Shown in pieces: positions 54,901 to 64,000 of a stretch of 64,000 nt of DNA. Each line of letters begins with the position of its first letter. The stretch's first letter is position 1. A program made the translations under genes and the position numbers. The notes beneath the pieces were generated by a model, which was not told the DNA's origin, did no database searches, and saw nothing but the letters and a program-made list of their open reading frames with translations. This DNA comes from Thermoplasmata archaeon. GTDB lineage: Archaea; Thermoplasmatota; Thermoplasmata; Lutacidiplasmatales; UBA184. The stretch covers positions 69,515 to 133,514 of the forward strand of contig JAGWLG010000005.1 in assembly GCA_028864975.1 (NCBI GenBank). Reading direction: 5' to 3'.

Positions 54901-57567
54901 ATGGGCCGCTTGGTCGGCGTCACCCCCGGAAGAAGCGCCGCGGCCTTCGGCCTCGTGCTCCTGCTGGTGGGGGTCCCGTCGCCTCCCCACTTGGGTGGCC
55001 CCGGCGGGTCCGGATCGGCGGTGCCTTCCCTGGGGGAGATGGTCCAGGCCTTGGGATTGGGAAGTGCGGGCACGCTCCCGTACGTCGCGCCCTTCCACCC
55101 CAGGGCCCCGACGACCTTCTACGTCGCGCCCACCGGTAGCGACACGGCTCCGTGCACCTCCTCCCAGCCGTGTCGGCAACCCTCGGAAGCGCTCGGCCTC
55201 GTGTCGGCCGGGGAGACCATCGACGTGGCGAACGGGGTCTACCTCGGGTTCGACGTGAGCTCGGTCGTCGGGAGCCCCTCGAGCCCGGTCACGCTCGAGG
55301 CCCCTGGCCGCCATGCGGTGCTCACGAACACCGTGAACCGCTCCGACAACCGCGACATCGTCCACATCCTGACCAGCTCGCACATCGTCCTGGACGGGTT
55401 CGAGGCCTTCAACGCGAACCGCGCGGCCGTCCGGATCGACCAGAGCGACAACATCACGGTGACCAACGGCACGTTCGGGAACAACACGGTCTGGGGCATC
55501 TTCACCGACTTCGACAAGTACAGCGTGCTCGAGCACAACACCTGCTACGGGAGCGTTCAGCAGCACGGCATCTACGTCTCGAACAGCCCGGTCGCACCCA
55601 CGTTGCGCTGGAACACGGTCTACAACAACTACGGCGCCGGCATCCAGATCAACGCGGACGCCTCCCAGGGCGGGTGGGGGATCTCGAGCGGAGGGGATGT
55701 CGAGGACAACGTGATCTACGACAACGGGGCCGGGGGCGGGGCCGCCCTCAACTTCGACGGGGTGTGGAACACCCGCGTCGTGAACAACCTTCTCTATGGC
55801 AACCACGCCACCGGGATCGTGAACTACTACCTGGACGGTCTGACGGGTCCCCACGGCATGACCATCCTGGACAACACCGTGGTCATGGCCTCGAACGGCC
55901 GTTGGGCCCTGCAGCTCCTCTCCACCACGGGGGAGAACTACGTGCGGAACAACATCCTCGACAACCTGAACCCGGCGCACGGGGGGGAGGAGTTCGGGAC
56001 GTGGGGCGATGTGTACAACACCAGCACCGACTACGAGGTCCAGGACACGATCACTGTCGACTCGGTGGGGAACATCTACACGCTGGCGCAGTGGCAGGGG
56101 ATGGGGTACGAGCCGCACTCGCTCTCGGCTTCCCCCGCCTCCCTGTTCGTGAACCCCGGCGCGGGGGACTATCATCTCCTCTCCTCGGCCCCGGCCATCC
56201 GTGCCGGAGCGGCGCTGTCGAACGTGACCTTGGACCTGGCCGGGGTACCTCGTCCGACCACGAGCGCTCAGGACATCGGCTGCTACCAGTACGGAGCGGC
56301 CGTCCTCTCGGCCACCTTCACGGCCGCACCCACGAGCGGGACGGTCCCGCTCTCCGTCGTCTTCTCGAGCACGGTGGTGGGCGGTGGGAATCCCTTCGTC
56401 TACGTCTGGAGGTTCGGTGATGGAGGCGCTCCGTCGGGAGCGGCGGACCCGTCGCACATCTACAACTTGACCGGGACGTTCCCCGTGCAGCTCACGGTGA
56501 CGAACTCCACGGGGGTCAACGCGAACGCGTTCGGGAACATCACGGTGGCCGCGCCTCCGCCGCTCCGTGCGACGGCCTCCGGTAACCCTCTGAGTGGTCC
56601 CGCCCCTCTCAACGTGACCTTCTCGAGCGCCGTGAGCGGTGGGACGTCTCCTTACTCGTACCTCTGGACGTTCGGGGATGGGAGCCCCCGGTCGCACGCG
56701 AAGGCGCCCCTTCACGAGTACAACTCGAGCGGCACGTTCACCGCATCGCTTGAGGTGAACGACTCCGCGTCCCACGCCGCGTGGTCGAACACGTCCATCA
56801 GCGTGACCACAAGCGTGCCGGCGCTGTCCGTGACCGTCTCGGCGTACCCCACGCACGGCGCGACCCCGCTCCGGGTCGTGTTCGCGTCGGTCACGACGGG
56901 TGGGGTCCTGCCTTACAACTACACTTGGAGCTTCGGCGACGGGAGCGACGGATACGCCAGCGGTGCGCCGTCGCACACCTACACGAGCGTAGGGAACTTC
57001 CCGGCCACCCTGACCGTTACCGACGCCCAGGGCCACACTCAGAGCGCTTCCGTCCTCATCAGCACGCACCTGCCGCTCTCGGTCCGGATGGGCGGGATGT
57101 CCATGACCTGTGCCGGCATCGCGACGGGCCTCTGGGCGGTCGCGAGCGGCGGGACCGGACCGGTCTCCTTCGACTGGAACTTCGGGGATGGCTCGGGATG
57201 GCAGTCGACAGGGACCACGAACCATACCACCCACCTCTTTCCGACGATGGGCACCTACGATGTCGTGCTGATCGCGAACGACTCGGGGGGTGACTCCAAC
57301 AGGAGCTCTCCCTGGGCGGTGAGCTACCCTGCGGATTGTTCCGGGCGGACGAACCCCCCCGCGACCCAGGGCTCGTTCCTCACATCGCCCGTTTTCGTGG
57401 CGATGCTTGCCGCGATCGCGGCCGCTATCCTTGGTGTCGTGGTCATGTACCGGCGACGGAAGCGGGGCGCAGGGGAGTTAGGGGGTTACAACGGTGCGTC
57501 CGGCGTCCCCGTCGAGGAGGCGGTGGCGCCAGGTCCTCCGGAGGGGCCCCCGCCGCCTCCCGTGTGA
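54901..57567 (+). CDS. Membrane-anchored right-handed parallel beta-helix (pectin-lyase-like fold) protein with four PKD domains
   Basis: FYVAPTGSD, NNTVWGIFT, QHGIYVSNS, GIQINADASQGG, NNLLYGNHATGI, GDYHLLSSAPAIRAG, QDIGCYQY; PKD W(R/T/S/N)FGDG; TM then RRRKR. Confidence 0.88.
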   Translation: MGRLVGVTPGRSAAAFGLVLLLVGVPSPPHLGGPGGSGSAVPSLGEMVQALGLGSAGTLPYVAPFHPRAPTTFYVAPTGSDTAPCTSSQPCRQPSEALGLVSAGETIDVANGVYLGFDVSSVVGSPSSPVTLEAPGRHAVLTNTVNRSDNRDIVHILTSSHIVLDGFEAFNANRAAVRIDQSDNITVTNGTFGNNTVWGIFTDFDKYSVLEHNTCYGSVQQHGIYVSNSPVAPTLRWNTVYNNYGAGIQINADASQGGWGISSGGDVEDNVIYDNGAGGGAALNFDGVWNTRVVNNLLYGNHATGIVNYYLDGLTGPHGMTILDNTVVMASNGRWALQLLSTTGENYVRNNILDNLNPAHGGEEFGTWGDVYNTSTDYEVQDTITVDSVGNIYTLAQWQGMGYEPHSLSASPASLFVNPGAGDYHLLSSAPAIRAGAALSNVTLDLAGVPRPTTSAQDIGCYQYGAAVLSATFTAAPTSGTVPLSVVFSSTVVGGGNPFVYVWRFGDGGAPSGAADPSHIYNLTGTFPVQLTVTNSTGVNANAFGNITVAAPPPLRATASGNPLSGPAPLNVTFSSAVSGGTSPYSYLWTFGDGSPRSHAKAPLHEYNSSGTFTASLEVNDSASHAAWSNTSISVTTSVPALSVTVSAYPTHGATPLRVVFASVTTGGVLPYNYTWSFGDGSDGYASGAPSHTYTSVGNFPATLTVTDAQGHTQSASVLISTHLPLSVRMGGMSMTCAGIATGLWAVASGGTGPVSFDWNFGDGSGWQSTGTTNHTTHLFPTMGTYDVVLIANDSGGDSNRSSPWAVSYPADCSGRTNPPATQGSFLTSPVFVAMLAAIAAAILGVVVMYRRRKRGAGELGGYNGASGVPVEEAVAPGPPEGPPPPPV

Positions 57568-57646
57568 CGACCGCCCCAGCACCTTCCAGGTTCCCCAAGG
57601 AGCGACGCCGTTTACTACCTAGGACCTTCTGCCATCCACCGTCCAC

Positions 57647-58249
57647 ATGCCGGGAAAGCCCCAAGGGATCACCGTCTCGGTCGAGGAGGAAGCCCTTCCC
57701 GCGGGAGATACCCCTGCTCGTCGGGTCCACCTGGCGATGACCCTCCAGCCCGCCGAGGGAGCGGAAGTGACCACGGAGGAGGTCCAGGCCGCGGTGAAGT
57801 TGCTCTCCCACCACCTGGAGAGCGCGATCGCGACCCTCTCGGAAGGGGGTCCGTCGGGCGCGGGACCCCGTCCCGATCGACCGCTCCCGGACCTGCTCGA
57901 GACCTATCGCCCCCGCAATCTCGAGCTGGTGGACGCCCTGCTCTGGGAGGGAGAACTGACCCCGACCGAGCACCAGGTCTTGCAGGCGGCGGTCCGAACC
58001 CCCCCTGAGAGGGCCTCCAAGGGGCCACCGCCGAAGACCGCTCCTCCCCCTGAGGCTCCCCTCGCCACCATCGCCCCTTCCGCGTCGAGCTCCCAAGGGC
58101 CCGCCAGGACGTCCCCCCGCTCGGTCGACGCGCTCCTCCGCGAGCTCGACCTGAAGGACATGCGGGATGCGAACCGGGCGCGCGGCCGTCGGATGATCAG
58201 CTACGAGGAGTGGGCCGCGCTCAAGTCCCACTTCGAGAAAAGGAGCTGA
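57647..58249 (+). CDS. Hypothetical protein with two internal SHOCT-like repeats
   Basis: RPLPDLLETYRPRNLELVDALLWEGELTPTEHQVL and RSVDALLRELDLKDMRDANRARGRRMISYEEWAAL. Confidence 0.65.
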   Translation: MPGKPQGITVSVEEEALPAGDTPARRVHLAMTLQPAEGAEVTTEEVQAAVKLLSHHLESAIATLSEGGPSGAGPRPDRPLPDLLETYRPRNLELVDALLWEGELTPTEHQVLQAAVRTPPERASKGPPPKTAPPPEAPLATIAPSASSSQGPARTSPRSVDALLRELDLKDMRDANRARGRRMISYEEWAALKSHFEKRS

Positions 58250-58258
58250 GCCTCTCTT

Positions 58259-59569
58259 TCAGCCCCGGGTGGAGGGCTGTGGGGTCACGTACGCCAGCGC
58301 GATCGCCCCCACGTCGGTGAACCCCGGGGCGAGGTCGAGGACGCCCAGTCCCTTGGTTCGGAACTTCTCCAGCGTGAAGCGCTGTCGCGCGTCGACCATC
58401 CCTCCCGAGGGCGTCAGGTCCTCCCGCAACGAACCCCCGGTGTAGACGAGGGCAACGGTGACCTCCCGTCGTGAGAGACCCTGCTGAGCCGTGGCGAGGA
58501 ACCTCGCCAGGACCTCACGGCGCTGCCCTCCCTCGGGAACGTTCAGCCCCACTCCGGCGAAGAGCGCGAGCCCTTCCCCGGCCTTCCGGGAGGCCCGGGG
58601 CGCGTGGATCTCGATCGCCTTGAGCAGCTTCTCGGCCGCCATCTCAGGGAGGGAACTGTCGTGAAGTTCCAGAAGGCGCGGTCGGTGCTTGCGGTAAGCC
58701 GCCTCCGCTCCCGCGGTCTCGAGGGCGTCGCCCGGAGAGACGATCACCACGTTGTGGAGGTCCGCTCTCCCTCCCAGGGCGCTCGCCGCTCCGGGGGCGA
58801 GCCGGTCCCTCAGCGCGAGCGGAACGCGTCCCAGGAGCCCTGCACGCTCGAGCGCGGCCCGCGCCTGAGGGCCGCGGTCGTGGTCGGCCGGTACCAGGGG
58901 AGAGGCCCCCAGGGTGCGTCCTCCTTCCCCGTTCGCCACCAGAAGGGCTTCGGTGGGGACGTTCCTGGCGGCGCTCGCGAGCCCTCCGCCTTGCGCGGGA
59001 GAGAGCGCAGCCGCGACCGCCGGAAGGTCTGCCCGGGCGGTCGGTTTGGACGCGATCGAACGGAGCAGCTCGTGATATTCAGGTAGTCCCCAACCCGATG
59101 GGGGTGATGCAAGCATGCCGAGCGCCCCCGGGGAGAGAAGGGGGACGAAGAGGTCCTTCTCACCGAGACCTTGGGCCATCTCCAGAGCCTCCGCCGCGAG
59201 GGTGGCCCCCTCCGCGGTCGGCAGCATCGGGTCGGTCACCTTTCGGAAGAGGAAGGGCCAGGGTTCGGGAGGCGCCTCCGGTCCGCCGACGAGGCCTTGC
59301 GTCACGACCTCGCCCAGAGCGTCGTGGAACCCCCTCGCCATCGCCCCCGCACAGTTCCCGACGGCCAGGAACGCGACCTCCCGGAGCTTCGACTTGCGGA
59401 CGAAGCGGTTCCCAACGCGCACCACGCCCTCCTCGAGCTTCACCGCCCGTCGGACGGCCGCGTAGGCATCCGCCCCTCGGATCGCGGCGGTCAGGACCTC
59501 GACCACGTCGCGACGGTCGTGCGCGAGCGGGTCCTCGGCAGGACCTAGGTCGAGGTTCCGGAAGAGCAC
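58259..59569 (-). CDS. DUF4147/MOFRL (glycerate kinase type 2)-like protein with degenerate motifs
   Basis: AAIRGADAYAAVRRAV, FLAVGNCAGAMA, N-terminal architecture of glycerate 2-kinase. GGAGGT Shine-Dalgarno before GTG 59569. Confidence 0.7.
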   Translation of the reverse strand: MLFRNLDLGPAEDPLAHDRRDVVEVLTAAIRGADAYAAVRRAVKLEEGVVRVGNRFVRKSKLREVAFLAVGNCAGAMARGFHDALGEVVTQGLVGGPEAPPEPWPFLFRKVTDPMLPTAEGATLAAEALEMAQGLGEKDLFVPLLSPGALGMLASPPSGWGLPEYHELLRSIASKPTARADLPAVAAALSPAQGGGLASAARNVPTEALLVANGEGGRTLGASPLVPADHDRGPQARAALERAGLLGRVPLALRDRLAPGAASALGGRADLHNVVIVSPGDALETAGAEAAYRKHRPRLLELHDSSLPEMAAEKLLKAIEIHAPRASRKAGEGLALFAGVGLNVPEGGQRREVLARFLATAQQGLSRREVTVALVYTGGSLREDLTPSGGMVDARQRFTLEKFRTKGLGVLDLAPGFTDVGAIALAYVTPQPSTRG

Positions 59570-59667
59570 ACCGGCGCGACCTCCTACCAAGGTAAGGCCT
59601 TTCGGGCGGTCCGTTCCGCAGGGTCGAAGGAGGCAGCGTTATCCCCCCTCGATATGCTCTTCGGCAA

Positions 59668-60504
59668 ATGCTGATCCTCCCAGTGCCGGAACCGCGCGAC
59701 ACGCGGTCCCCCGTGCCCTCCACCGAGGACTCTCGGATGCTGCTCCTTCATCCTACCTCCTCGCTGCGCTCGGCCCTTCTGGAGGAGCAGGGGTTCGACC
59801 CCGTGGCGCGGCCCTACCGCCCCAAGGAGGACGTCGCTCGGCTCCTGGAGATCTACGAGGAGCTCCAGTACGATGGGGAGCTCAAGGGGGTCACGCCACG
59901 CGCCGTCCTGATGGAGGCCCAGGACCGTCCGGAGCTGGAGGGCGCCTTCCAGTGGTTCACGCCTTACTACTTCACGGCGCGCAATCGTGCGATCGCCTTC
60001 CCGTTCGGGGAGACCGCCCGGGCCCTCTTGCAGGCCACCGAAGAGCTCGCGCATCTGCTCTCGGACCCCGGTCGACGGGACGCGCATCGGCAGCTCCTCA
60101 AGGAGTGGGATGACCGGGAACGGGAGCGCGTGGGCCGCCCGCTCGCTCCCGGGGAGCAGGAGTCCGCCCTGGTCACCTCGATGCAGCAGCGCGAGCTCGC
60201 CCTGAACGCCATCGTCGACCCGAAGTACATCGCCGAATCGCTGCGCAAGGTGATGTCGCTTCGCGAGGAGTTCCTCTCCCGCTGGAAGGGCGGAAGCCCC
60301 GTGGTCTATGCGGTGCGCGTCGCGCCGGAGGACCGGATCCTTCCGGGATGGGAGACGACCGACGGCCCCTCCTTCCGGTTGCGCGAGGCCCTGCCCCCTT
60401 CCTCCCTCATCTACCGCATCGACCTGGGCCCCGAGGCCCAGGAGGTCCCGGGGGCGGACCCTGAGCTCCTGGGCGAGCTCTCCCCTCCCGCGCAGGTGAG
60501 GTAG
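59668..60504 (+). CDS. Hypothetical protein, possibly an ADP-ribosyltransferase-like fold (alternative start ATG 59737)
   Basis: Clean ORF with coding-like GC3; MLLLHPTS..EEQGFDP, YYFTARNRAIAF, VVYAVRV, LPPSSLI. Confidence 0.7.
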   Translation: MLILPVPEPRDTRSPVPSTEDSRMLLLHPTSSLRSALLEEQGFDPVARPYRPKEDVARLLEIYEELQYDGELKGVTPRAVLMEAQDRPELEGAFQWFTPYYFTARNRAIAFPFGETARALLQATEELAHLLSDPGRRDAHRQLLKEWDDRERERVGRPLAPGEQESALVTSMQQRELALNAIVDPKYIAESLRKVMSLREEFLSRWKGGSPVVYAVRVAPEDRILPGWETTDGPSFRLREALPPSSLIYRIDLGPEAQEVPGADPELLGELSPPAQVR

Positions 60505-60559
60505 AAGGGCGAGGTCGGCCCCTTCATACGGCCGCATCTCGTGGCACGACGAGGCTTCC

Positions 60560-60946
60560 ATGAAGATGCCCCGTCCTTCCGTCGAAACGATCCGCACCTT
60601 CGAGTCATTGGTGCCTTCCCATCCCGAGGTCTCGGTCAAGAAGGTCTTCGGCCACCCGGCCGCCTTTGCGGCGGGGAACATGTTCTTCGGGACCTTCGGC
60701 ACCCAGATCTACGTCCGTCTCTCCGAGGTGGAAGCTACCCAGGCGCTCGCGATGCCCGGAGCCGAGCCTTTCTCCCCGATGCCAGGACGGCCAACGCGGC
60801 AGTACGTCGTGCTTCCTCCTGACGTGCTCTCTCGCAAGGCAGAGGCCTCTCGGTGGGTGGAGCGCTCGCTCAGCTTCGCTCTCGCCCTCCCTCCAAAGGT
60901 CCCGAAGCTCCGCGCCAGAGCGTCCACGCGAAAGCGCCCCGGCTAG
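60560..60946 (+). CDS. TfoX/Sxy N-terminal domain protein
   Basis: VSVKKVFGHPAAFAAGNMFFGTFGTQIYVRL, PFSPMPGRPTRQYVVLP, ASRWVERSLSFA. Confidence 0.8.
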   Translation: MKMPRPSVETIRTFESLVPSHPEVSVKKVFGHPAAFAAGNMFFGTFGTQIYVRLSEVEATQALAMPGAEPFSPMPGRPTRQYVVLPPDVLSRKAEASRWVERSLSFALALPPKVPKLRARASTRKRPG

Positions 60947-62601
60947 CGCCCGAAGTCCTCGAGCTGGCTCTGCCCAGGTGGGCGAGGCGCGGGCCGCTCG
61001 CCGCCGCCCGATCGTCGTGACTCCGAGACGCGCATCTCCCGCTGGAGCTCCTGGAGGAGCCGCTCCATCTTGTGCTCCTTCCCCCGCGCGGAGTACTGGC
61101 TAGGGACATCGCGGCTCCCGCGCGCGAGAAGGACGACCACTTCGCCGGAGCGGAACCTCCCGGTCCTCCCGCGTCGCTGGATCGTACGGATCTCCGAAGG
61201 AACCGGCTCGTAGAAGACCACCAGGTCGGTGTTGGGGATGTCGAGCCCCTCCTCCGCGACGCTCGTTGCGACCAGGCAGTTGAGCTCGCCCCCCCGGAAA
61301 CGGTCGAGCACCGCCACCTGCTCCTTCTGGGAGAGGCCGCGGTCGGAGACGCCCTTGTCGGCCTGCCCGACGAAGCGTGCGGGATGGACGATCCCCCCGG
61401 GAGCGTTCGAGAGCGCCTCGGTGATCACCTTCGCCGTGTCGCGGAAGTGGGAGAAGACCAGCACGCGGGAGGTGGGGTGCTTGAGCAGCTCGTCCCGCAC
61501 CACCTCGACGACCTTGGCGACCTTCGGGTGCTCGAGGTCGACCTTCTCGAGCAGACGTCGGACCTCTTCGATGTCCGGGTCCTTGAGGAACGTGCGATCG
61601 GAAGGGGAGAGCTTGGGTGGCTTGCCTCCGGGCCGATGCCGGCCTCCTTCGAGCCGTTCGAAGAAGCTCCGCAAAGCTTCGAGGCTCTGGCTCTCGGCCA
61701 TCTCGATCGCGTGGGAGGCCTTCATGGCCACCGCCTGGGCGTTCACCGCGTCCCAGACGTAAGGGTCGGGCTGTCCCCCCGAGGCCCGTGCGGAAGCGAC
61801 CGCTTGCCGCAGGCGCAGTCCCAGCTGCAGGAGGTCTCCCCGCCCCACGCGCTCCGGGTCGGGCAGGTGCCCGCCCTTGCAGAGCCGCTCCACTTGGCGC
61901 TGGAACGACGCGCGGAGGTGGGAGGCGATCTCGAGGATCTGCGGGGGGTTGTCGACGTACACGGGGGTGATCTCGGTACCGTGGAAGTATGGGGCGACAT
62001 CCGGGGATTGCTGGGTCCGGACCTCGATCCCGGAGGACGGGGAAATGCCGAGGTTCCGCAGGACCTCGAGGATCTTCGACTTGTCGTAGCCCGGGGACGC
62101 GGTCATCCCGAGGACCCGGACCCCTGAGAGCTCGCGCAACGCCCCGCCGAGCATGACGTAGGGATAGTCCCCGGAGGCGCGGTGCGCCTCGTCGAAGACC
62201 ACAAGGGAGAAGATCGAGAGGTCAAGAGCGCCGGAGCGCACATCGTTCGCGATGACCTGAGGGGTCGCGATCACCACCTGGGGTGGAGAGAGCAGGTCCT
62301 TGCGCCGATCCGGGGGGATCGCGCCCGTGAACACCAAGGGCTCCGGCGCCACGAGGTTCGCTCGCACGCTCTCCGCGTGTTGTTCCACCAGCGGCCGCGT
62401 GGGGGCGAGGAAGAGGACCGAGCGGTCCGGTCGACGCTCGAGGACCTCCGCCATGAGCCGAAGGGCGACCGCGGTCTTCCCCAATCCTGTGGGGAGGACG
62501 ACGAGGACGTTCTCCCGCGACGCGTGGTCGGCGATGACCCGCTGATACTGCCGGTCCTCGACCCGCTCGTGGCGAAGACGCGGATGCACGACGAACGACA
62601 C
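60943..62601 (-). CDS. hef: Hef/FANCM-type SF2 DEAH helicase, helicase-only (no ERCC4 nuclease domain)
   Basis: GTG start MSFVVHPRL...VEDRQYQ; LPTGLGKT, LAPTRPLVEQH, VFDEAHRA, GMTASPG, ATSVAEEGLDIP, FYEPVPSEIRTIQRRGRTGR. The ORF ends soon after motif VI. Confidence 0.9.
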   Translation of the reverse strand: MSFVVHPRLRHERVEDRQYQRVIADHASRENVLVVLPTGLGKTAVALRLMAEVLERRPDRSVLFLAPTRPLVEQHAESVRANLVAPEPLVFTGAIPPDRRKDLLSPPQVVIATPQVIANDVRSGALDLSIFSLVVFDEAHRASGDYPYVMLGGALRELSGVRVLGMTASPGYDKSKILEVLRNLGISPSSGIEVRTQQSPDVAPYFHGTEITPVYVDNPPQILEIASHLRASFQRQVERLCKGGHLPDPERVGRGDLLQLGLRLRQAVASARASGGQPDPYVWDAVNAQAVAMKASHAIEMAESQSLEALRSFFERLEGGRHRPGGKPPKLSPSDRTFLKDPDIEEVRRLLEKVDLEHPKVAKVVEVVRDELLKHPTSRVLVFSHFRDTAKVITEALSNAPGGIVHPARFVGQADKGVSDRGLSQKEQVAVLDRFRGGELNCLVATSVAEEGLDIPNTDLVVFYEPVPSEIRTIQRRGRTGRFRSGEVVVLLARGSRDVPSQYSARGKEHKMERLLQELQREMRVSESRRSGGGERPAPRPPGQSQLEDFGR

Positions 62602-62704
62602 AGCGCTTCGTCGGGGCAGGCCTGGCCCAGGATATAGATGGGTCGGGGCGAAGGACCGTCCCCTCGCGGCGTGGACCGCCGCGGGCTTCCCGAAGCTCGT
62701 GGAG

Positions 62705-64000
62705 TTAGGGTTGCTGCGGTGGGTACCCTCCGCTGTACGGATAGGGGGTTCTTGGATACGCGGAGGCCGGGGGGTAACTGGGCGTGGTCCCAGGATAGCT
62801 TGCTTCGGGATAGGCCTGGGGCGTCGCGGGCGGACGACGCCGAAGCAGGAACACGGCGACCGCGGCCACCACGACGACCACGGCGACCAGCCCGCCCAAG
62901 AGGAGGACGCCCTCATCGCCCGGGAGCCCGAGGAACCCCGGGGCCCCTCCCGGGGGCGCAGAACTTCCGGTCACGTTCACCATTACGCTCCGGGAGGTGG
63001 CGTGGCTCGAAGAGTCTCGAACGGTGAGGGTCGCCGTGAAGGATCCGGCGCTAAGGTAGGTGTAGGTGGCGTTGGACGTGGCGGAGGCCCCGCCGTCCCC
63101 GAAAGTCCACGCGTACGTGTAGCCCGGCGTTCCCCCGTGGGTCGTGGACGAGAACGTCACCGTCAGTGGGGCGCTCCCGCCCGTTGGAGAGCCGGAGACC
63201 GAGAGCGTGAGGGGCGCGGGCGGCGGCGGCGGAGCGGTGACGGTGATCGAGGTCGTCGCCGATCCTGAGCGGCCGGCCCGGTCCGTCACCGATAGGGTCG
63301 CGGTGAAGCTCCCTGTGCGGGTGTACGGATGGGTCTCGTTCCATCCAGAGGCCGGAGGGGAGCCATCCCCGTACGACCACGTCGGGACATACCCTGGGAA
63401 TCCGCCCGTCGCCGCGCCGACAAAGGTCACGGTCAGGGTCGCGGGACCTGAAGTAGGGCTGGCCGAAGGGGTGACGATGATCGGGGTCCCAGCTCCCCAG
63501 GTCACCAAGATCGTGAAGCTCTGAGTGGTTCTAGTCCCGGTCGCATCGCTGGCCGTGCAGTTCGCCGTGTAGTTCCCTGGCCAGCTGTAGGTGTGCTGGG
63601 TATCTCCCCCGGGTGCAGAGGAGTTGTCGCCGAACTGCCATCCCACCGCGAGAGGCGCGACGCCTCCCCACGCCGTGGCCGAGAACCTCTCGGTGGTCCC
63701 GACGGTGGTGGAGCTCGCGCTGTCCGAGGCCGAGAGCGTGAGCGGAAGCGGCCGGCTCCACGCCCACGTCTGGCCCGAAAGGTGCGACTTGATCGCCCCG
63801 CCAAAGGCCAGGACGTAGCCGTCGGCGAGGTCGAAGGTCGCCGTCATGTACTGCGCGGTCGGCGGGGCACGGGAAGGCGAGAGCTCTGTGAAGGTGCCTC
63901 CAAGGAACGTCCAGGTCTGGTTCAGGTAGACCCCGAGGTCCTCCCCGGCGAAGTAGAGCGTGTAGTTCGTCGCAGGGTCGTACACCATCGACGCTCCATC
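62705..64000 (-). CDS. Kelch-repeat plus PKD surface protein (5' partial, continues beyond the window)
   Basis: MVYDPATNYTLYFAG...NQTWTF, FDLADGYVLAFGG; three PKD domains; TM then RRRPP and a Tyr-Pro-rich tail. Confidence 0.85.
   Translation of the reverse strand, partial: DGASMVYDPATNYTLYFAGEDLGVYLNQTWTFLGGTFTELSPSRAPPTAQYMTATFDLADGYVLAFGGAIKSHLSGQTWAWSRPLPLTLSASDSASSTTVGTTERFSATAWGGVAPLAVGWQFGDNSSAPGGDTQHTYSWPGNYTANCTASDATGTRTTQSFTILVTWGAGTPIIVTPSASPTSGPATLTVTFVGAATGGFPGYVPTWSYGDGSPPASGWNETHPYTRTGSFTATLSVTDRAGRSGSATTSITVTAPPPPPAPLTLSVSGSPTGGSAPLTVTFSSTTHGGTPGYTYAWTFGDGGASATSNATYTYLSAGSFTATLTVRDSSSHATSRSVMVNVTGSSAPPGGAPGFLGLPGDEGVLLLGGLVAVVVVVAAVAVFLLRRRPPATPQAYPEASYPGTTPSYPPASAYPRTPYPYSGGYPPQQP

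Overview
High-GC (roughly 70%, by eye) archaeal chromosomal DNA. It encodes a TFB, a helicase-only Hef, a single-OB SSB/RPA, an AbrB-PhoU regulator and a tRNA-Leu(CAG) without encoded CCA, and several genes have TATA boxes about 25 nt before the start codon. Thermoplasmata is the best guess (inference). About half the window encodes large secreted, C-terminally membrane-anchored surface proteins: beta-propeller, PQQ-like, Kelch, PKD, FN3, PA14-like, GH5, beta-helix and beta-solenoid types. The rest is ordinary metabolism and transport: a two-subunit proline/sarcosine-type flavoenzyme, an ABC-2 exporter, an MDR dehydrogenase and a ureohydrolase. I saw no CRISPR array, rRNA, integrase or transposase. 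Best candidate for an undescribed system: a translationally coupled cluster at about 8.8-13.8 kb, in which a HerA/VirD4-type ATPase appears fused to a winged helix and a PD-(D/E)XK-like nuclease and overlaps a beta-class DNA methyltransferase, suggesting a restriction-modification-like or DNA-transfer module. Other leads: a tandem active/inactive Cas4-like nuclease, a candidate ADP-ribosyltransferase-fold protein, a beta-solenoid surface fibre, a divergent TFB, an amber-interrupted gene beside the tRNA, and a degenerate CDGSH protein. All domain calls come from motif recognition by eye; no searches were run.
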